Below, piece after piece: positions 41,087 to 51,265 of a stretch of 64,000 nt of DNA. The notes beneath the pieces are model-generated. The model was given only the letters and a program-made list of their open reading frames with translations. It ran no database searches and was not told the DNA's origin. Position numbers and translations under genes: made by a program. This stretch comes from Rickettsiella endosymbiont of Miltochrista miniata (lineage in GTDB: Bacteria; Pseudomonadota; Gammaproteobacteria; Diplorickettsiales; Diplorickettsiaceae), in NCBI RefSeq assembly GCF_964031245.1, contig NZ_OZ035017.1, forward strand, positions 215,402 through 279,401. The letters are read 5' to 3'. How positions within the stretch are numbered: the first letter of the stretch is position 1; each line of letters starts with the position of its first letter.

Positions 41087-42520
41087 ATGATGCAAGCTTT
41101 ACCCTTAGATGAATTTCAGCAGTATGCCAACGATGCCAAGCGAGTAGCAGTTTTCAAAGAGATTCCTGCTGATCAGCTAACTCCCATCCAGATTTATTGT
41201 CGGTTGAAAAAAGCCTATGCAGCAGAAGGGGCCATGTTTGAGGATCTCCATCAAAGAGACGCCGTTCGTTACTCTTTTATATGTTTTGAACCTATTGCAA
41301 GCCTGACTAGAAATGACGTCGATGATAATCATCCATGGGCAGAGCTGCGGGATTTACAGTCACAGCTACGTTTTGCGACGCGACCCGAAGTAGCCGATTT
41401 AATTACTAGCGCAATAGGCTTTATTACCTATGATGCGGTGCGTTATTTTGAAGCAATACCTATTCATCCAGTCGTTCATACTAAATTGCCATTAATCGAA
41501 TTTAATTTTTATGCTCTGAATCTTAGTTTCAATCATGAAAAGCAAACCCTGTTAATTAGTTACTTGGTTGCAGTAGGGGCAGATCCAGAGCAAGCCTATT
41601 ATCAGGCGCAACAGAAAATAGTCACTATTATAGAACTTTTAAGCACAGCGGTTTATGAAATAAAGGTGCCGGCTACACGACAAATAACTGATTCGGTCGA
41701 AGTTGATATATCCGATGCGGATTTTATGCTTAAAGTAGAAAAAGCTAAGAATTTTATTATCCGAGGCGATGCTTTTCAGATTGTTATCTCGAGATGCTAT
41801 AAATGTAACTATTTTATTTCTCCTTTAGATATCTATACAACATTACGCCGAGTTAGTCCTGCTCCGTTTATGTTTTATTTTACAAGTGGTGCAAATGTCA
41901 TTATCGGAGCCTCGCCTGAGCGCTTGGTCAGTGTATATAACAAAAAAATTACCGTGAATCCTATTGCAGGTACACGTAAACGTAAGAAAGAGCTAAGTGA
42001 TAAGTCGATCGAAGAGGACTTACTAAATGATCCTAAGGAACGAGCGGAGCATATGATGCTGGTTGATTTAGCCAGGAATGATGTCGGTGCGGTAAGTGTT
42101 CCTGGTAGCGTGCAGTTAAAAGATTTTTTTCAAGTAAAACATTATTCTCACGTCAGTCATATTACATCGACTGTCATGGGTGAACTGCAAGAAAAGTACG
42201 ATGCTTTAGATGCCTTTACTGCTGTTTTTCCAGCCGGAACGCTTAGTGGTGCCCCAAAAATTCGTGCCATGCAAATTATTAATGAATTAGAGACTACCAG
42301 TCGAGGATTATATGGTGGAGCTATCTGTCGTCTTGATTCTTTAGGGAATTTAGATAGTTGTATCGCTATTCGAATGGCCATACTCCAAGAAGGGGTAGCG
42401 ACCATTCGAACGGGAGCGGGTATTGTCTATGATTCGAATCCTGCTGACGAAGCACAAGAAACCTATCAAAAAGCATCCGCTATGTTGGATGCCATTAGCC
42501 AAGCACATGCGGGAGAATAA
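41087..42520 (+). CDS. trpE: Anthranilate synthase component I
   Basis: 477 aa; chorismate-binding domain; LSGAPK-like motif. Confidence 0.93.
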   Translation: MMQALPLDEFQQYANDAKRVAVFKEIPADQLTPIQIYCRLKKAYAAEGAMFEDLHQRDAVRYSFICFEPIASLTRNDVDDNHPWAELRDLQSQLRFATRPEVADLITSAIGFITYDAVRYFEAIPIHPVVHTKLPLIEFNFYALNLSFNHEKQTLLISYLVAVGADPEQAYYQAQQKIVTIIELLSTAVYEIKVPATRQITDSVEVDISDADFMLKVEKAKNFIIRGDAFQIVISRCYKCNYFISPLDIYTTLRRVSPAPFMFYFTSGANVIIGASPERLVSVYNKKITVNPIAGTRKRKKELSDKSIEEDLLNDPKERAEHMMLVDLARNDVGAVSVPGSVQLKDFFQVKHYSHVSHITSTVMGELQEKYDALDAFTAVFPAGTLSGAPKIRAMQIINELETTSRGLYGGAICRLDSLGNLDSCIAIRMAILQEGVATIRTGAGIVYDSNPADEAQETYQKASAMLDAISQAHAGE

Positions 42521-42521
42521 G

Positions 42522-43133
42522 ATGTTATTAATTATAGATAACTACGATAGTTTTACTTATAACCTTTATCAAGCTGTGGCATCTTTTTATAGCGACGTCT
42601 GCGTTATTCGCAACGATAAAATTACTATCAATGATATTAAACGAATGTCACCGGCGGGAATTATTTTATCTCCGGGTCCTGGGCGACCTGAAACAGCAGG
42701 GATTTGCGTTGCTTTAATTCATGCTTTAGTAGCGGGTGAACTTTCAGCACCATTGTTAGGTGTTTGCTTGGGCCATCAAGCTATAACCATTGCTTTAGGC
42801 GGACGTGTTATTCAGTCGGAAAAAATAGTGCATGGTAAAGATGACATTATTTTTCATAAGCAAACGGGCCTATATCAAAAGCTTACTCAGCCATTTAAAG
42901 CAGGTCGTTATCATTCATTGATTAGTGAGCGCGCAACTTTACCTTCTACATTGATCATTGACGCTGAAAATGAGCGGCAAGTCATTATGGGTGTGCGACA
43001 TCATCAATTACCTATTTATGGTGTCCAGTTCCACCCCGAATCTATTTTGACACCAGAAGGACCACTTTTATTACGGGAATTTCTTGCCATCTGCAATAAA
43101 AACTCAAAAACAGGTGTAACGGATGTTGCTTAG
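42522..43133 (+). CDS. trpG: Anthranilate synthase component II (glutamine amidotransferase)
   Basis: MLLIIDNYDSFTYNL, GVCLGHQ catalytic Cys, and HPES. Confidence 0.9.
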   Translation: MLLIIDNYDSFTYNLYQAVASFYSDVCVIRNDKITINDIKRMSPAGIILSPGPGRPETAGICVALIHALVAGELSAPLLGVCLGHQAITIALGGRVIQSEKIVHGKDDIIFHKQTGLYQKLTQPFKAGRYHSLISERATLPSTLIIDAENERQVIMGVRHHQLPIYGVQFHPESILTPEGPLLLREFLAICNKNSKTGVTDVA

Positions 43134-44130
43134 ATCCAGCATAGAAAAATTGATGCGTGGTGAAGATTTGCAAAGCCATGTTTGTCAACAAGTAGTGGAT
43201 GAGATCTTATGCCCGACTATTAATCCATTACAAATTGCAGCTTTTTTAGTGTTATTACGAGCCAAAAATGAAACCGCTGATGAATTATCAGCTATTGTGA
43301 AAGTTCTGCGCAACAGAATGGTAGTGGTGCCGACCAAGCATGCCGTGCTAGATATAGTCGGAACAGGTGGCGATGCATCGAATACCATAAATATTTCTAC
43401 AGGCAGCGCGATTCTTGCTGCAAGTTGTGGGATTAAAGTCGCTAAACATGGCAATCGTTCGATATCGTCATTAACAGGTTCCGCAGATGTGCTCGAAGCC
43501 TTAGGTGTGAATATTCAATTAACTCCCGATCAAGTGAGCAAAAGTATAGCTCAAATTGGCATTGGTTTCTGTTACTCGCCGAATTTTCATCCCATGACCC
43601 AAGCACTGCGACTTTTTCGAAAAACATTAAATGTCCCTACCACGTTTAATATTTTAGGCCCTTTATTAAATCCTGCTAACGCAGCCCATATTGTTTTAGG
43701 TGTGCTTGATGAAGCATTACTCCCAATTATGGCAGATGTATTATTACAAACAGGTAGCGATCGGTCAGTGGTGGTGCATAGCATGGGCTTAGATGAAATC
43801 AGTTGTGTAGGTCCTACAAAAATTATTGAAGTCAGCAAGCAAGAAAAACATGAATATATGATTGATCCATTACAGTTTGGCTTGCAACGTTGCACGATTA
43901 CCGATTTGCGTGGCGGAGAGGCAGAAATTAATGCACGTCTGTTGTTAGATACTTTTAAGGGAAAACGTGGAGCTATTGCAAATACACTTATTTTAAATAC
44001 AGCCGTTGCTCTCTACATTTATGGATTATATCCATCAATCTCGGAAGCTTTATTACACGCAAGTGATAATTTATATAGCGGCAAAGCCTTAAGATTATTA
44101 AATGCCTGGATTGAATTTTCTCATGACTAA
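43123..44130 (+). CDS. trpD: Anthranilate phosphoribosyltransferase
   Basis: GTGGD motif and NxxGP. Confidence 0.93.
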   Translation: MLLRSSIEKLMRGEDLQSHVCQQVVDEILCPTINPLQIAAFLVLLRAKNETADELSAIVKVLRNRMVVVPTKHAVLDIVGTGGDASNTINISTGSAILAASCGIKVAKHGNRSISSLTGSADVLEALGVNIQLTPDQVSKSIAQIGIGFCYSPNFHPMTQALRLFRKTLNVPTTFNILGPLLNPANAAHIVLGVLDEALLPIMADVLLQTGSDRSVVVHSMGLDEISCVGPTKIIEVSKQEKHEYMIDPLQFGLQRCTITDLRGGEAEINARLLLDTFKGKRGAIANTLILNTAVALYIYGLYPSISEALLHASDNLYSGKALRLLNAWIEFSHD

Positions 44131-44926
44131 CAGACTTACAGCGATTCTAATGGAAAAACAGCGTGAAGTAGCCGATTTGCGCCAGCGATTGGCGAGCAAT
44201 AATAATCATGCCATCACACAAGTACTGCGCGGCGAGTTAGTGCCGAAACGTCCACAGAGCTTTAAAGCGGTGTTAAATGCTCCCGCTCTTTCTGTGATTG
44301 CAGAAATTAAACGTAAATCACCTAGTAAAGGTGAGTTGGCCGCTATTCAAGATCCCATTAGCTTAGCAGAATGTTATATTTCGGGTGGTGCTAGCGCATT
44401 ATCAATTTTAACGGATAAGAAATTTTTTGCTGGCGATATCACTGATCTGATCCAAGTGTCAAAGGCAATAGCTGATCGAAGCATTCCAATTATTCGTAAG
44501 GATTTTATTATCGATAAGATACAAATTGCAGAAGCTGCCGTTGCCGGAGCAAGTGCAGTGTTGTGTATTATCGCTGTTCTTGGAAAAAAAACTAAAATCT
44601 TACTGGAGTTTGCTCGTTCGATTAATCTCGATGTACTCGTTGAAATTCATGATCAGAATGAGCTCGCGATCGCTTTAGATTGTGGCGCAGAGATCATCGG
44701 AGTTAATAATCGTAATCTCAAGACATTCACTGTTGATACGCAGCATGCATTACATATGGTCTCTGCAATACCGGATAATATTATTAAAGTTGCAGAGTCG
44801 GGTATTACGCATCCTGCTTTGGCAAGAGAATATTATCAGGCTGGTTATAATGCCGTATTAATTGGTGAATCATTAGTCAAATCGGATGATCCTGAAAAGT
44901 TTATTAGGGAATGTTCTTATGACTAA
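44102..44926 (+). CDS. trpC: Indole-3-glycerol phosphate synthase (alternative start 44123, in the ATGACTAA stop-start overlap with trpD)
   Basis: IAEIKRKSPSKG and LVEIHD motifs. Confidence 0.9.
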   Translation: MPGLNFLMTNRLTAILMEKQREVADLRQRLASNNNHAITQVLRGELVPKRPQSFKAVLNAPALSVIAEIKRKSPSKGELAAIQDPISLAECYISGGASALSILTDKKFFAGDITDLIQVSKAIADRSIPIIRKDFIIDKIQIAEAAVAGASAVLCIIAVLGKKTKILLEFARSINLDVLVEIHDQNELAIALDCGAEIIGVNNRNLKTFTVDTQHALHMVSAIPDNIIKVAESGITHPALAREYYQAGYNAVLIGESLVKSDDPEKFIRECSYD

Positions 44927-45554
44927 TTACTTGATAAAAATTTGTGGAATTCGTAGTGCCGAAATGGCATCACTGGCGGTTATAGCGGGTGCTAACTTGA
45001 TTGGAATTATTTTTCACCCCTTATCACCGCGTTATGTTGGAATAGAACAAGCTATACGTATTTCTCAAGCAGTGAGAGCATCAGGTGCATTGCCTGTAGC
45101 CGTATTTGTTCATCATACCGCGATTGAAATGCAATGCATCTGCGAACTCACTAATATAAATATCGTTCAGTTACATGGCGTCGCATCGCGTGCATCCCAT
45201 CAATTATTACCTGGGGAATACCAACGGATCTATGTGCAAACGGTTTCAAATCAAGGTGAGTTACAAACCGATGAAGGCTTGCGTTTCCTTGATGCGGATC
45301 GGGATTTAATCTTGATTGATCATAGTCAACCTGGGCAGGGAAATAAAATTAAGCAAGCTTTTCACTATCATTTACCTTTTCGTTGGTTATTAGCAGGTGG
45401 ACTGACCGCATTTAATGTGGCAGCAGCGATTAATGATATGCAACCTAATGGCGTCGATGTATCGAGTGGTGTTGAATTAAGTAAAGGAAAGAAAGATATT
45501 TTTCTCATTAAGCAATTTATTCAATCCGTAAGAGGCAAGTTTCATGTTAGCTAA
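44919..45554 (+). CDS. trpF: Phosphoribosylanthranilate isomerase (stand-alone, not fused to trpC)
   Basis: IKICGI N-terminus; about 210 aa; same ATGACTAA overlap with the trpC stop. Confidence 0.85.
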   Translation: MTNYLIKICGIRSAEMASLAVIAGANLIGIIFHPLSPRYVGIEQAIRISQAVRASGALPVAVFVHHTAIEMQCICELTNINIVQLHGVASRASHQLLPGEYQRIYVQTVSNQGELQTDEGLRFLDADRDLILIDHSQPGQGNKIKQAFHYHLPFRWLLAGGLTAFNVAAAINDMQPNGVDVSSGVELSKGKKDIFLIKQFIQSVRGKFHVS

Positions 45555-46740
45555 AGATTTCTTAGTTGAGAATAGAGGTCGTTACGGGGAGTTTGGTGGA
45601 ATATATCTTCCGGAATTATTAATGCAACCTATCGAAGAACTTATCTTTGCTTGGGATAACGCTAAAAAAGATCTTATTTTTAAACAGGAATTAAATTTTC
45701 TTTTAAAAAATTATGCCGGAAGACCTACGCCATTAACAGAAATTCCTGCTTTTGCTGCAAAAATTAATGGACCGAGAATCTTTTTAAAACGAGAAGATTT
45801 ATTACATACGGGGGCACACAAATTGAATAATGCCTTGGGCCAATGTTTATTAGCCAAAAGGATGGGTAAAACGCGTGTCATTGCCGAAACTGGAGCGGGT
45901 CAACATGGTGTAGCGACGGCAGCAGCTTGTGCGCGACTTGAGTTGAAGTGCGTGATTTATATGGGCAGTAAAGATATGCAACGTCAGTCAAGCAATGTGT
46001 CACGCATGCAATTGATGGGTGCGACAATTGTTGCGGTCGAACAAGGCTCAGCGACTTTAAAAGAGGCAGTGAATGAAGCTTTGCGCGATTGGTCCTCATC
46101 GTTTAGCGATACGCATTATTGTTTAGGCTCAGCATTAGGACCACATCCTTATCCTGCTATGGTTGCAGAATTTCAAGCAGTTATTGGGAGTGAAAGCCAT
46201 CAACAATGTCAGCAACAAATTGGCAGCAATCCTAATATAGTTATTGCCTGCGTGGGTGGGGGTTCGAATGCAATTGGGCTATTTTCAGGATTTTTCTCCG
46301 ATGAAGAGGTACGCATGATAGGTGTAGAAGCCGGAGGACATGGTAAGCAACTTGGAGAGCATGCCGCACGATTTTATACTGCGAGTCCGGGTGTTTTACA
46401 TGGTTGTTACACTTTTATATTGCAAGATCGGCATGGACAAATTGCACCGACGAGTTCGATTTCAGCCGGTTTAGATTATCCTGCGGTTGCTCCGCAACAT
46501 GCTGAACTTTTTAAACGTCGTCGTGTCGAATATGTGGCAGCCAATGATGATGAAGCAATATATGCATTAAAATTATTAGCTAGAACAGAAGGTATTATTT
46601 GCGCGTTAGAATCCGCGCATGCTTTAGCGCATTTAATTAAAATTGCTCCTATGCTTGCTAAAGACCAGATTGTGCTAGTGAATTTATCTGGTCGTGGCGA
46701 TAAAGATTTACCACAATTAATGGATAAGTGTGTGATTTAA
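45544..46740 (+). CDS. trpB: Tryptophan synthase beta chain
   Basis: PLP-binding HTGAHKLNNALGQ and GGGSNAIG. Confidence 0.93.
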   Translation: MLAKDFLVENRGRYGEFGGIYLPELLMQPIEELIFAWDNAKKDLIFKQELNFLLKNYAGRPTPLTEIPAFAAKINGPRIFLKREDLLHTGAHKLNNALGQCLLAKRMGKTRVIAETGAGQHGVATAAACARLELKCVIYMGSKDMQRQSSNVSRMQLMGATIVAVEQGSATLKEAVNEALRDWSSSFSDTHYCLGSALGPHPYPAMVAEFQAVIGSESHQQCQQQIGSNPNIVIACVGGGSNAIGLFSGFFSDEEVRMIGVEAGGHGKQLGEHAARFYTASPGVLHGCYTFILQDRHGQIAPTSSISAGLDYPAVAPQHAELFKRRRVEYVAANDDEAIYALKLLARTEGIICALESAHALAHLIKIAPMLAKDQIVLVNLSGRGDKDLPQLMDKCVI

Positions 46741-46741
46741 G

Positions 46742-47524
46742 ATGAAAACCCTATCGCGAATACAACAATTATTTCAAAACGGTAAGGCATACACGGCCTA
46801 TTTAACTGCGGGCGATGGTGGCGTGCAATCTACACTCGATGCAGCGCTTGCTCTAATTAAGGGCGGCGTAAATATGCTAGAAATTGGCGTACCTTTTTCC
46901 GACCCTATTGCTGATGGACTTATCATTCAGCGTGCATCGCAACGATCATTGGCAAAAGGAACTTGCTTAGCAGATGTTTTATGGATAACAAAACAGATCC
47001 GCCAACAGAGTGATATTCCAATCATTTTATTCAGTTATCTTAATCCGATATTATCTGCTCTACCATCTGATTTTTTACCCGCAGCAAAAAATGCAGGTAT
47101 TGATGGTCTTTTACTGGTTGATTGTCCCTTGGAAGCATCAGATTTTATTCATCAACAATGTAATAAAAATGACATAGCGCTTATTTATGTTATTGCACCA
47201 AGTACCCCATTGACACGCATTAAGATAATCAATACCTATGCGCAGGGATTTTTATATTATGCCTGTCAGAAAGGCACTACAGGTTTGCGCAATGAATTGC
47301 CCAAGAATTTTCGAGAAAAAATAAATACGCTCAAATCAATGGTAGATTTACCTGTTATTGTTGGGTTTGGTATTTCAAATCAAGAAGCAGTATACCGTGT
47401 GTTACAGTATGCTGATGGGGTTGTTGTAGGATCGTTATTTGTTAAGGCATTGGAAGAAGGGGCGAGTCCGTCGACTTTAACGAAACTTGCACAAAATCTA
47501 TATCCGAAGCCAGTACATAATTGA
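46742..47524 (+). CDS. trpA: Tryptophan synthase alpha chain
   Basis: LEIGVPFSDPIADG signature. Confidence 0.9.
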   Translation: MKTLSRIQQLFQNGKAYTAYLTAGDGGVQSTLDAALALIKGGVNMLEIGVPFSDPIADGLIIQRASQRSLAKGTCLADVLWITKQIRQQSDIPIILFSYLNPILSALPSDFLPAAKNAGIDGLLLVDCPLEASDFIHQQCNKNDIALIYVIAPSTPLTRIKIINTYAQGFLYYACQKGTTGLRNELPKNFREKINTLKSMVDLPVIVGFGISNQEAVYRVLQYADGVVVGSLFVKALEEGASPSTLTKLAQNLYPKPVHN

Positions 47525-47581
47525 TATACAGGGTTGCTTTTGCAATAATAGAATATTAATCGATTTTTACAGGCACATTAT

Positions 47582-47857
47582 ATGAATCAAGCAGGTTGGC
47601 GCGATTTTATTAAATTGTGCTTAAAGACCGATAATGAAAAGGTATTATCTTCTTTATTCGATTTTATTTTAACCCAAGAAGAAAAAGAGAGCATAGCCTT
47701 ACGCTATTTAATTATAAAAGAATTACTTAAACAGGAAAAGACGCAGAGAGACATGGCTAAAGATCTGCAGGTAAGTATTGCTAAAATAACACGTGGATCG
47801 AATGAGCTTAAACGGACATCACCCAAACTTATTGAGTTTTTCAAAGAAAATATATAA
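47582..47857 (+). CDS. trpR: Trp repressor
   Basis: 91 aa; HTH region IAKITRGSNELK matches the TrpR IATITRGSNSLK motif; adjacent to the trp operon. Confidence 0.8.
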   Translation: MNQAGWRDFIKLCLKTDNEKVLSSLFDFILTQEEKESIALRYLIIKELLKQEKTQRDMAKDLQVSIAKITRGSNELKRTSPKLIEFFKENI

Positions 47858-48109
47858 TTCCCATCTTGCAAAAATTAATGAGCCCGTAGCATCCAGAAAA
47901 AATGATCTATTTAACATAGGAGTTCAGTTCGTCTTTTTCTGCGAATTGAAATCATTGCAAGCGATAGCAGAGTCTCTTAGAATGTCACTCACCTGCGCGC
48001 GTTTGCATTGATGAGGTATCCTTTGTATATAGACTAAGTCCTCCTCCATACAAATGCGATGAGTATTACTTAAAGAATAGGTTGTTATTTTAAGGACCAA
48101 CGTTTATTT

Positions 48110-49153
48110 ATGTTAAGTGATGAGCTGCTAAGCTATGCAAAAAAACTCGGTTTTGGCGAAATTTTTTTTAAGATAGATCAGATTAATCAACTTTGTGCCA
48201 TTGTAGCGATACATAGCACACGCTTAGGTCCTGCCTTAGGCGGCTGTCGTTTTATCGAGTATACATCCATAGATTTTGCTATTCATGATGCCTTACGATT
48301 AGCTCAGGGGATGAGTTACAAAGCAGCATTAGCCAATTTACCTTTGGGTGGAGGTAAAACTGTGTTAATGCGCCCTAAAGAATTGGAAGATCGTAGTGCT
48401 TATTTTCGCGCATTGGGTCGTTTTGTGAATGAGTTAAAGGGACGTTATATTATTGCGATGGATAGTGGCGTGGTGATTGAAGATATGGATAGCATTGCAC
48501 TCGAAACGCCCTATGTCGTAACTACTTCTAAGCATAAAGGGAATCCTGCACCTTATACCGCGCTAAGTGTGTTATGTGGAATTGAAGCAGCGGTTAAATT
48601 TAAACTTCAGCTTGATCATTTAGAAGGCGTGCGTGTTGCCATTCAAGGTATGGGACATGTGGGCTTTGCTTTAGCCAATGCATTGCAAAAAAAAGGTGCT
48701 CGTTTAACAGTTTGCGATAATAATAGTGAACTGATGCAACGTTATGCAAAAGATTTACAGGCCAAAATTGTGAAACCTGAGGAGATTTATGCAGTTGAAT
48801 GTGATGTTTTTTCGCCTTGTGCTTTAGGGGCGATTCTGAATGATGAATCTATTTCTCAACTCAACGCAGTGATTGTAGCAGGTTCAGCTAATAATCAATT
48901 AGCTGAACCACGACATGCAGAGGTACTACATCAAAAAGAGATTTTATATGCACCGGATTATGTTATTAATGCGGGGGGTTTGATATACGCTTATGCGGAA
49001 TATCAAAATCGCTTGAATCGGGAACATGTGGTGCAACACATTCAAACAATTTATAGTACACTCTTAGAAATATTTAAGTGTGCGCATGAGGAAAATAAAC
49101 CCCCCAGTATGGTGGCTGATAGCTTGGCTGAGTCACGATTAAATAGTATTTAA
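48110..49153 (+). CDS. Leucine (Glu/Leu/Phe/Val family) dehydrogenase
   Basis: GGCR motif (LGPALGGCRF), LGGGKTVL, and GxGxVG NAD-binding motif. Confidence 0.8.
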   Translation: MLSDELLSYAKKLGFGEIFFKIDQINQLCAIVAIHSTRLGPALGGCRFIEYTSIDFAIHDALRLAQGMSYKAALANLPLGGGKTVLMRPKELEDRSAYFRALGRFVNELKGRYIIAMDSGVVIEDMDSIALETPYVVTTSKHKGNPAPYTALSVLCGIEAAVKFKLQLDHLEGVRVAIQGMGHVGFALANALQKKGARLTVCDNNSELMQRYAKDLQAKIVKPEEIYAVECDVFSPCALGAILNDESISQLNAVIVAGSANNQLAEPRHAEVLHQKEILYAPDYVINAGGLIYAYAEYQNRLNREHVVQHIQTIYSTLLEIFKCAHEENKPPSMVADSLAESRLNSI

Positions 49154-49197
49154 AAAAAATATTTCGATCGGCTAGTACTTTTTAAAAGAGGTTAAAT

Positions 49198-50289
49198 ATG
49201 AGCGAGGTTGCGAGATTCTCTATCGAGTATACTCGTTTTCTGGATCCTAAGGGCGAAATTCAACAAGATTTGCCAGCATTTACGCAAAATGTTCACGAAT
49301 TATTAAAACTATATCAGCAAATGATGTGCACGCGTCTTTTCGATTACAAAGCGGTGGCCTTGCAAAGAACAGGTATGCTCAATACCTATGCTTCGACACT
49401 CGGACAAGAAGCCATTTCCGTTGGCATAGGTGCGAGCATGCAAAGAGAAGATGTCTTATGTCCTTTTTACCGTGATTATGCTGCGCAACTGATGCGTGGT
49501 GTAAAAATGAGTGAGATTCTTAGTTATTGGAAAGGGAATGAATGGGGCAATCATTTTAGTGAATGTCCTTTAGATTTTCCTATCTGCGTGCCGATAGCCA
49601 CTCAGCTTTTGCATGCCGCAGGTGTTGCGACCGCTTTTAAACTTCGCAAACAAGCAAGAGTGGTTGTAGCAACCTGCGGAGATGGCGCCACTTCTGAAGG
49701 TGATTTCTATGAAGCCTTAAATATCGCGGGTGTTTGGAAATTACCTATTGTATTTGTCATTGATAATAATCAATGGGCAATTTCTGTGCCGCGTAAACAC
49801 CAATCTCATGCTCAAACTTTAGCGCAAAAATCTATTGCTGCTGGAATTCATGGTGAACAGGTGGATGGAAATGATGTTATTGCCACGAAATTTGTGATGG
49901 ATAAGGCAATTGCTAAAGCACGTGATGGACATGGTCCGAGTCTCATTGAAGCTTTAAGCTATCGATTATGTGACCATACTACTGCCGATGATGCGAGCCG
50001 TTATCGTCGTGAAGAAGAATTACAGCAAGCATGGCAAGAAGAACCTTTAAGGCGTTTAAAAAATTATTTAATTAATCAGAAAAGCTGGTCGGATGTTGAA
50101 GAGGAAAGTTTTAAAAAGGAATGTGAAAAAAAAATCGAAGTCGCTGTAACTGAATATCTTTCTTTAGTTAAACCTGCGGTGACTGATATATTTGATTATC
50201 ATTTTGCAGAATTGCCGCATGATTTAATCGAGCAACGTATTGAAGCTGAAGCATTGTTTATATTAAGCAAGGATCTTGTCAATGTCTGA
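49198..50289 (+). CDS. bkdA1: Branched-chain 2-oxoacid dehydrogenase E1 alpha subunit (TPP-dependent)
   Basis: TPP-binding GDG...N motif (TCGDGATSEGDFYEALN). Confidence 0.88.
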   Translation: MSEVARFSIEYTRFLDPKGEIQQDLPAFTQNVHELLKLYQQMMCTRLFDYKAVALQRTGMLNTYASTLGQEAISVGIGASMQREDVLCPFYRDYAAQLMRGVKMSEILSYWKGNEWGNHFSECPLDFPICVPIATQLLHAAGVATAFKLRKQARVVVATCGDGATSEGDFYEALNIAGVWKLPIVFVIDNNQWAISVPRKHQSHAQTLAQKSIAAGIHGEQVDGNDVIATKFVMDKAIAKARDGHGPSLIEALSYRLCDHTTADDASRYRREEELQQAWQEEPLRRLKNYLINQKSWSDVEEESFKKECEKKIEVAVTEYLSLVKPAVTDIFDYHFAELPHDLIEQRIEAEALFILSKDLVNV

Positions 50290-51265
50290 AATAACATTGA
50301 TAGAAGCGATTACACAAGCATTGGCCTACGAAATGGCAATTGATAAAGAAGTTGTTTTATTAGGCGAAGATATTGGTATTAACGGCGGTGTATTCCGAGC
50401 AACCACTGAATTATTCAAAAAATTTGGTGCCGATCGTGTTTTGGATACACCCTTAGCCGAGTCTATGATTGCCGGCCTTACGATTGGTATGGCAACACAA
50501 GGCTTAAAACCGGTCGCTGAATTTCAATTTATGGGATTTAGTTACCCGGCATTAGATCAAATTATCAATCATGCGGCGCGCTTTCGTAATCGTACTCGAG
50601 GACGTTTACATTGCCCTTTAGTTTTTCGTATGCCGTATGGTGCGGGGATCCATGCACCTGAGCACCATTCTGAAAGTACCGAAGCCCTTTTCGCGCATAT
50701 TCCAGGTTTACGTGTGGTGATTCCTTCATCACCGGCACGCGCTTATGGTTTATTGCTGGCCTCGATCCGTAATCCTGATCCGGTTATTTTTTTGGAACCC
50801 ACACGGCTGTATCGTTTAAACAAACAAAAAGTAGCCGATACCGGCGAAGCTTTACCCTTAGATAAAAGTTTTATTTTAAGAGAAGGGAACGATATTACTT
50901 TGATTAGCTGGGGTTCGATGTTGCAGGAAACTTTATTAGCTGCAGATAAGTTATCACAAGAAAAAGGTTTATATGCTGAAGTTATTGACGTTGCTACGAT
51001 AAAGCCTTTAGATATTAATACGCTTTTAACCTCCGTAGAAAAAACTGGGCGCTGCATCATTATCCATGAAGCAGCCCGTTTTTGTGGTGTTGGTGCAGAA
51101 ATTGCAGCTCAATTGAGTGAAAAAGCATTTCTTTTTTTACAGGCACCCCTACAGCGAGTTACCGGTTATGACGTAACGGTTCCCTATGCGCAATTAGAAA
51201 AACAATATTTACCCAGTGTCACCAGAATTTACAATGTGATTGAGCAAACATTGGAGTTTACATGA
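50276..51265 (+). CDS. bkdA2: Branched-chain 2-oxoacid dehydrogenase E1 beta subunit
   Basis: Transketolase-like pyrimidine-binding and C-terminal domains; overlaps E1 alpha by 14 nt. Confidence 0.9.
   Translation: MSMSEITLIEAITQALAYEMAIDKEVVLLGEDIGINGGVFRATTELFKKFGADRVLDTPLAESMIAGLTIGMATQGLKPVAEFQFMGFSYPALDQIINHAARFRNRTRGRLHCPLVFRMPYGAGIHAPEHHSESTEALFAHIPGLRVVIPSSPARAYGLLLASIRNPDPVIFLEPTRLYRLNKQKVADTGEALPLDKSFILREGNDITLISWGSMLQETLLAADKLSQEKGLYAEVIDVATIKPLDINTLLTSVEKTGRCIIIHEAARFCGVGAEIAAQLSEKAFLFLQAPLQRVTGYDVTVPYAQLEKQYLPSVTRIYNVIEQTLEFT

Noticed and set aside
47793-48011. 72-aa ORF after trpR
   Set aside because: Overlaps the trpR 3' end out of frame, has no RBS and a low-complexity product. 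Judged spurious.
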